Shown here piece by piece: positions 27,656-40,003 of a stretch of DNA of 64,000 nt (within the stretch, counting starts at the first letter, position 1; each line of letters opens with the position of its first letter). Source of the stretch: Raillietiella orientalis (taxonomy: Eukaryota); the NCBI GenBank assembly GCA_036172245.1, contig JAYWIR010000026.1:496001-560000 (forward strand). Reading direction: 5' to 3'. Under the pieces are notes generated by a model, which was not told where the DNA came from, ran no database searches, and was given only the letters and a program-made list of their open reading frames with translations. Both the position numbers and the translations under genes were made by a program.

Positions 27656-28952
27656 TCACATTGAACTTTTCCTCCCAACTTGAGATCCACAATTTAATTT
27701 ATTACCTAACCCATCTCTAACCCTGGAACGCTCTTTGGTTCGGTCAAAGTTAGGGAATTGGCCGTCGTAAGTGTTAACCGTCGAGGGCAACGTGCAGCTT
27801 CATGTGGCCACTCACAGTCAAACCGCTTATTAAGCGCTCAGTGGTAAAGGCAGAAGGAGCATTCGGTTGCGACTTGCATGGTGGACAGCCTCCACAGATC
27901 ATTGCTTCAAGGAGTCAGCGAGTTCATCCTCAGAATTGAGGATGCTCGCCGACGCTTTTGGCACTTAACATCCGAGAGCTGCAAATGCCAGAGGCAGTGT
28001 TCAGACTTTCTGGATTTGCACGCGAGAGGAAAAGGAAGAAATGCTTCCTGCGACCTACCCGTGGGGAAGCGTTTTCGTTCTCCCCAACGCGCACTGAGGC
28101 AGCAGCAATGAAATGTGCAGTCGAAGAGATTCCCTCAAGAGAATCCCACTCTCCTGACTGCTGCTTCCACCCTCGAGTGCGAAAAGGCATCGAATCGGAT
28201 TCGACAGATGTTCGATGGAGGTCTCAAACAGCAACCAGGGACTCCTAGGTGTCTCACGTGATGTTATGAAAGCATATTTTATGGAACCATTAATTACAGA
28301 GCGTGCATTCGTTCCTTTTTTTTATTCTCCCACAGCAAATCCTGCCTGATCCACGCTAGCCGGCATTCGTTGGGAAGAGCCGGAGAACTCCACCAAGCGG
28401 TCGGAAGATAAGAAAGAGCAGTCGATCGAAAAGGGCGTTTCAGCGATTCCAAGTCGTTTCGTGGTTGCATTCCTGGAATGAAGGTTCCATTAGTGGACGT
28501 AGGTCCACCACTCATGCAGCTGGCTGCTTCCTGTTTGCGTATTTCAAGGAGGCATCGTCCTCTCAAAGCAATGCCCAGACGGACCCCGAAACAGGGACTT
28601 TTCAGCATTCGGCATCTCTCTGGGAAAAATTTCGAGCTGTCCAATTGCTGCTACATGCGTTACCATGGTGAAAGTCTTCGGAATAAATTGTGTGCTTCCG
28701 ATGGGTAAAAAAAATAGGTGCGCTGATTTATAAGAAGATTCAGCGGTTTCTGGTTTCCTAAGAAGCAGCGAAGATTGCGATGGCCTTCATTTTTGAGAAT
28801 TCTTTCGATAGATTTTGTGGAGAAAAGAGAATATACAGACGGCTGTGTAAGCATCAAAAAAACACACACAAATGCCGCGTGTTTTAATGACCTTAACGTC
28901 AGGGATACGCGGTATTTCATTCCTCCAGAAGCCTTCATTTCCACACCGTTCA

Positions 28953-29088
28953 GCGTAGACACTTCGTGTGGTAATGCCGTGCTAAAAGGAGACTTACCTT
29001 TTTGCTCCTCCTCTTCATTAAATATCGCATTCGAATTCCAGAAGAGTTCCATTCACTTGGGGTGTCACGTTCCAACTTTCGCCCAAAT
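28953..29088 (-). repeat. 136-bp copy of the ORF1 C-terminal segment 33039-33174
   Basis: Ungapped alignment, about 11 mismatches by hand count (~92%). Confidence 0.9.
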
Positions 29089-29189
29089 AATCCTGGCACT
29101 GGTTTCCCCAAGCCCCACAAGGGGTGGGGTGAGTTTGTTTCCTTTCATCACTGACTCTAGATATTCATGCATTCGTTTTCTCCAATTAA

Positions 29190-32100
29190 TTCACTTATGT
29201 CTCCCGGGATTATCACTGAGGTTCGCTACAGTTGGGGAGCTGGGCGGTGTTTATGCCTGGACGTTGTCCTCAATCCTTCTCAGGATATGTCGGTGCTTCC
29301 AGGACTCTACTCTTCCACAGTTTCTTATGTCGATCTCCTTCTAGATAAGCCCTTTCAAGATTTCCATTGGAGATACGGCGGTGCTGGTGGTCTTCATCTT
29401 CCACCACCGCACATCGATGGCGGTGATGAAGAGGGCGATGGTCATTCTTACCATGGGATTATAACAGGGAACGTTCCCATTTCCTTGGAACATGCCTGAT
29501 AAAATTCCCATGGTCGATGTGGTGGGCAGCCCGGTCACCCTTTTGAGGGTGTGCCACTCTTGTTGCATAGTGGGACAGGTGACGACGTGGAATCCTGTAT
29601 CCTTGTCTCCACATGCTTTGCAGGCCTCATCTTCTCTTCTTCCTGTGAATGGACTTATGGTTGTCCCGCACAGCATTCCTCCATGATTAAACATCAGGAG
29701 GTTATCCTGTGTGTCCTGTGGCAAGTCGCTCCCCCACAGCGTCGTTTTGGTCGCCAACAGGTTTACCCCTGCACTCCCGTGGCGATCGACGGCTTCTTGA
29801 AGGGCATGGTGTCTTTTTCCTCTTCGACTATTATGAGGCATAGGTTTCTCTTTGTTACCCTCGACCACACGAAGTTGTTGTGGTTTTTCCACACTTCGCG
29901 TGTCCTGTGGGTGAATCTTCCAGCTATCCTGTCAATGTATCGGAGTACTTGGGAGTGGTGAAGGTACTCTCCTCGTCTCCATGCTTCAGCTGCTTGCAAG
30001 GTAATCCTGGACCGCTGGTGGATCCAGCTCCTCGTATTCGGAGGTACCGGGAGCATCTACGGGATCACAAGGATGGATTCCTCCTGCCAGAGTTCCTTGT
30101 TCCTTGGTATGATCTTCAGCTGGTGCTTGTGTACCAGCTGTTGCTTTCGTCTCCAGGTGGAGTCGATGGTCCCCCATTTACCCACTCCGCCGAGCAGGCA
30201 GTCATCAGTCCTCTCGAGTTATTTATCAACAACGAGCAAGTCCTGTACGCATTATACGGCCAGCCTTCCCGGTTTTTGCGACATGTCCAGGAGTTGTCGC
30301 ACGTCTATGGTGTCCACGGCGTGTGCAAGCGACCTCATCCTCGTACCGCCTTCCTCCTTAGGACAACACAGTGGTTTGAGGAGGACTCTAGGTCGGTAAC
30401 TTTCCCAGAGGGTTTTCCTTCGTAGCTTTTCTACCTGTCTTTTGGTGTATTGATGCATTCTGCAGAAGGCCGCTACGGAGAGTATCTTTGGAAGGAGTAT
30501 TTCGTTCAAAAGGTTGGCCTTCCGCTTCATGCTAAAGTCCAAATGGGTATACTTCGCTCCTTCTTGCTCTGTTTTCTCCAGGATTTCCTTCCACAATAGT
30601 TGAGACGATGAATTGTCGTCAATGTGGACACCCATGTTCTTGGCATTGTCCACCGTTCCGAATCCTTCCTCCATGAGTATGGGGAGATTCAGGATCCCCA
30701 CGGGCAAAAGTTAGCTTTTCTGGGAGTGGATTTTTTAAGCCCAATCCTTCTTCATGAGCTCCGCCACATCCAGAAACACACTGATTTCTCTGCCCATTGA
30801 GGAAGAAGAGAAGATCATCCGCGTAAGCCAGATGGGTGAGCCGTTGATTGTCGACATTGATTTCGCGGAGGTGCCCACTTCTCTCCATGAATGAAGAGAA
30901 AGCCTCCATGTATATGACAAACAGCTCTCATCGGACTCACTGCGTCGCCTTGGCGGACTCCTCGTTCCATCCGGATGGCTGCTGTCTCTTCCCCGTTTAT
31001 CTTGATCTGAAAGTGCTGCTCTTCAAGTATCATCTTCAAGTTTCTGAATTGTTCCGAGAGGTCCAGTCTTCCTAGAATCTTCAGCAGCATCCCATGGTCC
31101 ACCGTATCGAAAGCTTTCTCCATGTCAGTGAAACCCAGTACCAAGTTCTCGCCGATATATCAGCTGAGACCAATGGTAGCCTGGGCACACTTGACATTGT
31201 CCGACATGTGGCGTCCGGGCACGGCGCATGTCTGAACGGGAGAGATGAGCTGTGGCATGACCTTGCCTAAGCGCGTAGCCCAGATCTTTGCTAACCACTT
31301 GGCATCGCTGTTCAGGATTGAGATTGGTCTCCATTGGGTAACCATAGTCAGGTCACCTCCTTTCGGCAACAATCTCATTCTGCTCTCGTAGAAGGATGCA
31401 AGTAGTCGTCCTTCTGGTCGGATGCAGAGCGTGAGCTGGTGGAACAGACGTCGGTAGGCATGCGGGTACCGCTTATAGTGAGAGATGGGGACACTATCAG
31501 GGACCGCCGCCACATTACTGCGAAGTTCCACAAACGCAGCTTTCACTTCTTCTTCCGAGATTTCCTTTTCAAGCATCTTCCGATGGTTTTCACTCGTTCG
31601 TTTTTCCAGGTGTCGCAGAAAATTCCTTGATTAGTAAAGCACAGATGTCTTCGTCGGAAGTGCTCCACGTAACGCCACTGAAAGGCTTGAGAGATGTTTT
31701 CCGACGTGTACCTACTGTGGCCATCATAGTGAATGCAGAAGATGTCTGTTGCCAGATTCTTCTTCTCCAGTACGCCGACTTTTCCTTTTACATTTTAGAA
31801 GACGTACTGACTCTCGTATTGTTCCCAATACTTCGAGAGGGAGAGATCTCGATGTGAAACTCCCAATACGCTTCCTGACTCAGTCTCTTGTCCCAAACTG
31901 CATGTTGCAGAACAGGTGGACTCGGTGTTTCAGGCTATCCCAGTCAGCAACTCCGCGGATGCTGGTCGTCTGCAGAATCGTCTCTATAATTTCTTGATGG
32001 CACGAGAAAGTTTCGAACCAGGCGGGCATGCTGATGAGAGCCACCCTTGTGGCCCTCTTTCGCCGACGGTTTTCAGTCCGTAGGGACCTCACTAACCTCA

Positions 32101-32778
32101 CCAACGGGTGATCGGACAGCAAGGTGGGCGTGTCACGAAACCTCTGCATACGGTTCTCTATATCGGAGCTGTAGATGATGTGGTCGATCGGATTGTGGCT
32201 GGCTGTTAGCCACAGCAGCTCGAAGTCGTCGGACAGCCTCCGATATAGAGAAGTCCATAGATATAGAGACCGATATAGTCCTGCCTCTGGCGCCTTGGGA
32301 ATGGATGATGCTGTCCAGGATGTTGAAATCCCCCACGATGATCACGATGTCCTTCGGTGCGACCTTTTGTAGGAGTGTTCTGTGGAGTTCTTCCGCACAC
32401 TGATGCTATTGGTGGTGTGTCCGTATACGCTCACAAAGAACAGATGAACATTTGTGGACCAGGACATTGGGTACGCCGAATATTCTTCCCGGCACGGAGC
32501 AGATGGTTTCCAGGATGGTGTGAGCGAGCTCGTTCCTTATCAAAATTGCCACTCCCATGGTGTTCCTCTGTCGCTCGCTGGTGAACAGTTTTGCGTTCAA
32601 TCGCCGTTCCACGTCGATGCTGATTTGTTGCCCCATCGCGTGGGCTTCTTGCAGGCACATTATATCTTGATGTGCCATGGTCCGTCACAGTCCTTTTTCG
32701 TTTTGGCTGGTCAGTAAGTCCGTTAACATTCCAGGAGGCGATGTTGATCCTCCTGACGGTGGACAAGGACGAGGCCAT
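29190..32778 (-). pseudogene. LINE ORF2 (AP endonuclease + reverse transcriptase + zinc finger), frameshifted
   Basis: IASWNVNGL, DIMCLQE, GVAILI, IIVGDFN, LSDH, QWRPISILNSDAK, DMEKAFDTVDH, RGVRQGDAVSP, LAYADDL (30814-30825), PKEEGG, CKACG...H...C. Confidence 0.93.
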
Positions 32779-32879
32779 AAAGGGGTTTTATTCTTTTAGC
32801 CTTTCGGAGTTTCTTCTGCCGAGGAGACCGTTGCAGGTCCCGCACAAAAGATTTCTACTACCAGCATTGCTTTCCATCT

Positions 32880-34443
32880 AGGTGAGATCAGTGAATTCTG
32901 CCTCCTCCGTCGGGTTTCCCACCTCCACGATCAGTTAGCGAGGGAGCGTCTCCAGGCTCACCGTCGCACAGAAGTTCGACTTGATGTCGAGAAACTTGTC
33001 TTCCAGCTTCTCACGCTGGATTTCATCCACCACATTATGCGTAGACACTTCGTGTGCTAATGCCGTGCTAAAAAGAGACTTACTTTATTGCTCCTCCTCT
33101 ACATTGGATATCGCATTCGAATTCCAGAAGAGTTCCATTCACTTGTAGTGTCACGTTTCAACTTTCTCCCAAATGTCCTCCTGGACCTTGGAGATGCGTT
33201 GCAGGAGTTTCCTCTGCTCCTCTCCGCTGGTTCCCGGTTGGACCTCTTCATTCAGCTTCGCCACTTCCTCATTGATTTGCAGGGTTTCCGCGTTTCCTTG
33301 ACTGGCTCGGCTGTTTGCATTTTCTCTTCTGCTTTTTCCTCGGGCTTGTCAGAGGTCAGCTGCTCCTTAGCGAGCATCCTCCTCTCCCCTTTTTCCTTAC
33401 TTCGATGAAGCCGTCCTCAGACACTGGGGCGACCTTTCTTACTTTTTTCACCTTCTCGGTGATTTTTTGGGCTCTTCCTTCTGGTGTCTCTCTCGTACGG
33501 GTGAGAGCCCGCGCATGGTACGTCAGTTGGAGTATTCTGGGCAGCTCCACCTCGCCTGGCCCGTTGCCTTACAGAAGGCACACACTTCACGTTGGCTGCA
33601 AGACCGGATCTGGTATCCCTGCTTGCCACAGCGGAAGCACCGAGATCTTGGACAAGCACTGACCCTGTGGCCAAAATGCTTGTAACCCGTACAAAATGTA
33701 GGCTGTTGCCTAAATCGTATGAAGACTTCCAGGGAATTCCCATCGATGTGGGCAAGTCCCGGAATCTTCGTATCTTCAAATAACCTGATCTTAGCGACGA
33801 CATCGCCGGAGAACACCTTTCCGGAGCAGTTCCGGAATTCCACATCCAAAACTTCCTCTTATTTGGTGAGGAAACTCCACATTGCTTCTTTATTTGTTGT
33901 CACGCAGAGTCCTCCAAGAAACACCGCCTTATACGCCATTTCGCCGATTCCGCGGACCATCCTCCCGTGGATATTTATGCCCTTTTCGATCAGGGCCTTG
34001 ATGAAGGGTTTACTGTCCGCGTGGACTGTGAACTCCGTCGTACTCGGTACGATCGCTTGTGCGTGGTCAAAGTCTACATTCTCTTTATAGAGGGCCAAAT
34101 ACACCTCTGTGATATTATTTCCCCGGATGAATCCTGTTTTGAAAGTGATCGGCTTCCCATTCGGACTGATCCGCACGATCGGCTCATCCACATCCTCGAT
34201 TTTGCTGACCGGCTTTCCCAATGTTCGTGGTGGGGGGTAGGAATTTCCGGCTGCCACGGCCACGTAAGAAAATACCGCATCGTTGCAGCCGAACAAGATG
34301 GCTTCGCGGTCTTTGAGCTCCCTGCTACTTTGGAGGTCGCTGACTGCGATGTTATCCACAGTGCCACAGGTGATCAAGTAGACGTGCGCTTCAAATGGTT
34401 CAGTGACAGCTGGCGAACCAGTCAGTTCAGTCGAGAGATCCAC
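32880..34443 (-). pseudogene. LINE ORF1 gag-like protein with CCHC zinc knuckles, disrupted
   Basis: CTGYKHFGHRVSAC, CFRCGKQGYQIRSC, CAFCKATGQARWSC; stop at 33859 and later frameshifts. Confidence 0.85.
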
Positions 34444-35499
34444 CGCCCTTGTGGTGCGCAGAAGGATAGGACCGTACCCACCCGACGTGAAAAGACAGAC
34501 GAAACACAGACCACCTTAGCAGCCTTGGAAACAGCAGACATCCTAGCTCAAGGCGAACTTTATACTGTAGTTCCCGTAATTAGTCCAATGAACTGGCTTG
34601 CCTGTCGCAGCGAGGTGCGTTACGAGTCGCTTCTCGATAGACATGAAGATGGGACCTTCAGCTCCATGGTTGATGCTACCCTCACTATTAAGCTGTGGCA
34701 ATGAGCGCGACATTGAATTTTGTTGTTGGGTATGAGCCTGCGGTGGGGGGATGAGGAGTAGAACGACATCGTCGAGATTAGAGCCGCTCTCAAAATCAAA
34801 GATTTGTTTTCAACACCTTGACCCCCGACCTACTGAGATCTACACGGGTCACAAGGAAGCTTCGGCTTGGAATAGACCGTGCCGCAAAACCACACCTAAC
34901 TGCATTCGCATGCGGCCCCCGCGAGGTAATGGGTTTGTTCTCAGGGCACCGTGGTTTCAACTTTGGAAGGCGCTTCTTGGCTGGGAGACCAAAGGCGAAA
35001 GACGAGCGCCGAGGTAGGTGACAAAAATGAGGAACGGCGGGCACAGCACAGGGAAGTTTGAAGGAAAATCCGGGCCGAAACTGGGGGAAGCAGCGGAGAA
35101 TACTGAACGAAACCTGGATCACCAGGATCAAAACAGGACATCGCATCAACCGCGAATGTCATCTTACCTCAAAATTTGGTTATAAGAAAGGGTTGGGGAC
35201 AATTCACCCCTTATTGAGTCCCGATCAGACGCGGAACCAGAAAGTTATTCGGAAGCAGAAACGAAGAAGGTCGGACCCTTAAACTGTGACCTGGGTTTCA
35301 GAGGTGGGCCCAACCAATTCGACAGAGATATCGTAAGACATGAGCTAAGCAACCAACCCCGCTTGTTCCAAATATCTGCTCCATCGTTTGCTTTGCCCAC
35401 GATCTCCTTCTGGGACGAACGTTGATTCCCGGAAGAGAGAAACGGATGCAAAACCCCAGGCGATAACCCCAGGGCACCTAAATCACTGGCTTCAGGCGT

Positions 35500-36500
35500 C
35501 CTGGGTTATGCCTGGAAACAGGATGCAGTTCGGGCATCATCAACGGCACCATCTACTCGGCATCCACTTGGCCGTAGTAATGCCCCCCGCGGTGAACTTC
35601 CACAGCTGCACTCTTCATCTGAAGCGAGGATACTCGGTGTTGCGACTGTTGCATCCAACCACACCTGGATCTCCTGCTCTCTGACCAATTGCGGAACCCG
35701 GAAACACTTGAGACGAGGGAAGTCATTGGCACGAGCTGGGAATGAACACAACCTGTGCGGCGTTCTATTTGCGTCCGCTGTTCCCTGGACGGAGACGGTG
35801 TGCTCGCAGATGACCCTGTGGATTTTCCTCTTTGAATGGCACTGTCGCTCCTGCGGACATCCACCATCCCGCAAGATGGGGAATGAACTGCCACTTATCA
35901 GGGAAAAAAAGGAGCCACCGGGATGTTGGACATCCGTCCCTGCCGGCCTTTCCAAATGACTTCTCCGCTGAGCTGATCTTTTCGAGAAAGTGGGGATTGC
36001 CGCGGCGTTCCTCGAAAGCTTAGCGCTTTTCCTGAAGCGACGGCACGCGGTGTTGCGCAACCGCTGCATTTGACCATCCCACGCAGCGCACGCTTCTCCC
36101 GCTCAACCAGGGAAACTGCAGCTCCGGCGCGAAAAGGAAACCTTAGCGCACTTGCTTTTCAAGTGTCCGTGTGTGAGGTAATGGACTCATGACCACATCA
36201 CCGAAGACCACCCGAGGGCTTCATTCACACGCCTGTTCACGTGCAGTATGGTGTCGCCTTCCGCGACGACCGCAGCTTCGTGCTGCGCCATCGAGAACGG
36301 AAGCCCCGACGACAGAGAGCGGAGTAACGGAGGTTATCACCTTCGTCTTCTCGTTCCTGAGGGTCGTGTTGGGACGGCTGCATCCGAGGAACAACCAGCT
36401 GGAGCCCACCCTCATCTTCGAGAGGATGCATACGCTACCGGTGAGCAATTTGCAATCCGTTTCCTTACGCCCCTCCACCATCAAACACCTCATTACTTGC
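35500..36500 (-). mobile_element. Degenerate L1-like post-RT relic
   Basis: LRNEKTKVI (~36350), VIWKGRQGR (~35950), CGMVDVR (~35865). Confidence 0.4.
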
Positions 36501-37399
36501 TTTTTTAAAATATTCTGAATTTTCTTATCTCCCTCACTTTACCTTCCAAGCGCTGACCTCTGCTGGCGACTGCTCCGGGCATAGAACTCATCCGGAACAC
36601 GCGGAAGTGGTGGCACCGCACCACCACCACGCACCTCGTGGACTTCCGCATTGGGGCGAGCTGCTGGGAATTACGAAGGAAGACCTGCAGTGGCCGCACC
36701 GCTCGTGGGCACCCACCGCATGGAGTGGTGGGAGTCGCCGCTGCTGCTTCTGCACTGCGTCCTTCCGGGCAACGACAGCAGCTATTGCATCGCTGAACGC
36801 GGGGCAAGAGCAGTGACCCGAACTGAACGGGTTTCCCACAAAACACCGGTAAGAGGGAGCATATACAGCCCAGAGCTGCAACCCACCGCCTCCTATTAAA
36901 GGTAAGTTGCCTCGGTTCTGGAAGTATCAGGACGAATAGAGCGGGCGAGCTTTCGCGTGCAACTGTAAAGAAAGGGAGAGAACTCTGTGGTCATCAAGCC
37001 AAGGGGCCAGTAAGGGGAGCATAAGTTCTGTTCTGCAGAGATTCTCTATGCACAGCCTCCCTTGAGGAAGCCCATCGTAGTGCTGAGCAGGAACGCGCAG
37101 CTTGATCTGCCGAAGTGGATGAAGGCAAATTGGACGATACCGTCGTCAAATGTAGCGCACAGTCTCGTCCAGTTTCCCTTCCCCCACTTCGACAAATGGT
37201 TGTTTTGGTGGTGGAGAACACACGAGTCTTCTGCCTCCCGCGAACTGTACTGCCTGGCTTTGAGGAATCAGTTTCTACGTGGAGAAACATACACGACACG
37301 AGCGCGGAGGAATACGCCAGTCTGCGACGTGGCTAATGTGATCGTCGGTGGCTGCAGGAGATCCTTAGCATAGCGAACAAGATGATGGACTTCGATTAC

Positions 37400-39300
37400 C
37401 CCATTGCTCCAGTGCTGCTCTCCCTAAAAGACGTAAAGAATGGCGTCATCCCAGCGAGGTGGGAAGCGACTTGCGGCATAGCAGAGAAGAAGAAACTTTT
37501 GGGGGAGTAAACAACTCGAGAGATCACGGACGATGCGTCCCCGAGTGTCCCGCCCCACGGACTTTTCTACGCTGAAGAGAGCTGTTCGACAACCCTCCGC
37601 AGGAGGTGAAGTTCTCCAGCGTTGCGAAGCAGCGAGCGTCCTCCTCAAGAGCGGGGGTTGGCGCTGCTGGTCTTGAATAAGGAATCGCATCCAAAGTGAT
37701 TCTTCACCACAGATCACAAAGGAGCGTAGACGCTCAGTACTTCTGGTGCGGGAAGAAGGAAACCCTCCTGCACCTGCTGTTAGACTGTGCTGTCCTCCTA
37801 CCCCTTTAAGATCGCATCGCGACGGCAATAGTTTCCCTGGCGGGTGGACTCTCATGGAGATTTTCAAACGCCTCTTAGTGTGCGCCGCACTGCCGCCGGC
37901 CCCACCCAATCGGCACTCTCTCGAAGGAAAGCGACGGATGCAATCTTCTGCTATTCCGTTCGCGGTTGGTGGCGGTCTGGAACGCGGAAAAAAAAGGGGT
38001 TGGAACGCCATATACTGGGCGTGGATCTTCCTCAGGGCCTCCTTGGAATGCTCCACCTGGGCGTCATACGGACGGAACTTGCCAGCATCCGCAACTGGAT
38101 GCAGAAGATGCATGACAGCGTACCGTGATCCCTTCATCTTCCAGTTCCCTCGTCGTATAAGAATTGCCCTCCCTGGTTTGTGTGTTCATTTGTTCGTGTC
38201 TGTTTTTGTTCTCCCTTCCCCTATGCTGCCGAAGCGGACCTCGCCGGTCTGTGCCCTGCTCTTCGACAGGCCAATTGCACGTGGTAGAACCAACGGTTCC
38301 ACCACATAAAAGTATTTTTAGCTGTTCGATGTTGCGAGCCCGAGTGTCCCACCAAAAGGACTGCTCCGGAGGAGATACAGTGGCGTCGGCGGGATGGAAC
38401 AGTAGTACCCTCCCCCTAAAGTAGAAGGATTCAGCGACCCAACCGGCATTCTCTTGAAGGAAAGCGACGAACGCTTCAAGGGAACGGCTAAATCGCTCTG
38501 GACCTTCCGTGCAACGCCCTCCGAGACCACTGGACCCGGGAAAGTGTGAGCCCAAACTGCAGCAGGTGCGGCGAGAAAAAAGGCCTTCCCGCATCTGCTC
38601 ATAAAGCATATTGTCCTTCGCTTTATGTGGGAATGCTTTGCCGCGTCCTCAAGAATCCCCAAAGGCAACTCCAGAGACGTTTTGAAGCGTCCATTCTCTC
38701 TCGACGCCCTCATGCCGACCGCATCCCTTACAGCACTTTGCTGCCTACACGGTATCGTGTGGCCGTATGGAGCAAGAGGAGGCCAGAACGACAGTGACGC
38801 CTTCTATTGTCCTCTTCATAATAGTGTCAAGATGGCCCCATCTGGGAGCCTCAGGAGACGGCAAGGGTGGCCACTGCGAGAGCGGGAGGTCTCCACTCAG
38901 AGCGACTTTAGCCGCTCCCTTGAAGCGTCCGTCGCTTTCCGTCGAGCGAGTGCCGGTTGGGGAGAGATAAGGATGACTGACCGCTTGGCACGCGAAGCCA
39001 TAGGGAGCGGCAGGGCCCTGATGGACGTCACCGTGGCTACGGACCGATGCCTCACTGGGGGGCACACCCGCAGCCCTGTCGATCGGCAGCTTGTTGCTCC
39101 TGAGTGCCCATCGATAGAAGGAGAAGGCAGACCCTGGCGCCGTCCGATCCCAAAGCTGAGTTGAGGCGGAAGGAAGAACGTGGTCCAGGAGCCTCCATCC
39201 TTGCCGGAAGTGCAGACTGCGTGATCTTCTAAAGGACCCTGCGATCTGTCCACTCTCTGTGGATCTTTAGTCCTCGCCCGCAACGAGATCTCCACCTTCC
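37400..39300 (+). mobile_element. Degenerate L1-like RT relic
   Basis: ALP...NRHSLEGKR (Q..F..GR-like), ILGVDLPQG (~38010), SPVCALLFD (~38240). Confidence 0.35.
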
Positions 39301-40003
39301 CTGACCTTACAGACAATAGCCAGTCAAACTCGAACTTGCGCGTCCGCGACTAAACAGCTCTGGAAACTGTCCCGGGAGACCGAAGGTGGAGCTCTGACTC
39401 CCATGGACTCCCATCGTGCTGCCATGGTAGGGTGGAATCAGCGGCACAGGAACGAACAGAAGATGACCTGCGGCTCCGTTTTTAGAAAGAGAGAGGAAGG
39501 AAACCAGGCGGCTCTTTCCAAGGAGCCGAAATCTCGGGAGCTTCCAGAATAAGCGTTTTGGCGCTGGAAGAGGAGCTTCCGAATGCAGGGGTGGCCGCTC
39601 TGGGGCGAAGCTCCGTGCAACGGCTCTGCCCGGCTGGAGGCGGAAGGAGGCTGACTGGCGGTTGCGGTGGCCACCGAACGGAGTGTCCATCCCAGTGAGG
39701 GAAGAGGTGACTTTGCAGACGGATCGAGGGGGTGGGACCGGTCGGCGATGCAGGTCGGAGCTTTTCGCCGACGCTGGAGGCGATGGTCACACGATGTTAG
39801 CCTTGTGAAGTTGGGCAGCGCCCCGGATGGCTTGCCTGGCGACGACAGGAAGAAGGTCCAATCCCCACTCCTCCTGCTCCTCCTCTCCAGTCCCCTATCC
39901 CGTGAGAACTCACACCCCTCGAATGCTAAGGTTCTGAGAGCATCGATCCCTTTATTTCCTTGGTGACTCTCTACCTCAGGACCTTTTGATCCTCTGCGGA
40001 ACT

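Larger units (their letters stand above)
29103..34500 (-). mobile_element. Near full-length Tx1/L1-clade non-LTR retrotransposon (disrupted)
   Basis: ORF1 then ORF2 with APE, RT and C-terminal Cys/His; 3' hairpin plus AAA at ~29103-29130; 5' end not resolved, no TSD found. Confidence 0.93.

Noticed and set aside
33967..34704. 245-aa plus-strand ORF
   Set aside because: Mostly the antisense shadow of LINE ORF1; no recognisable domain.
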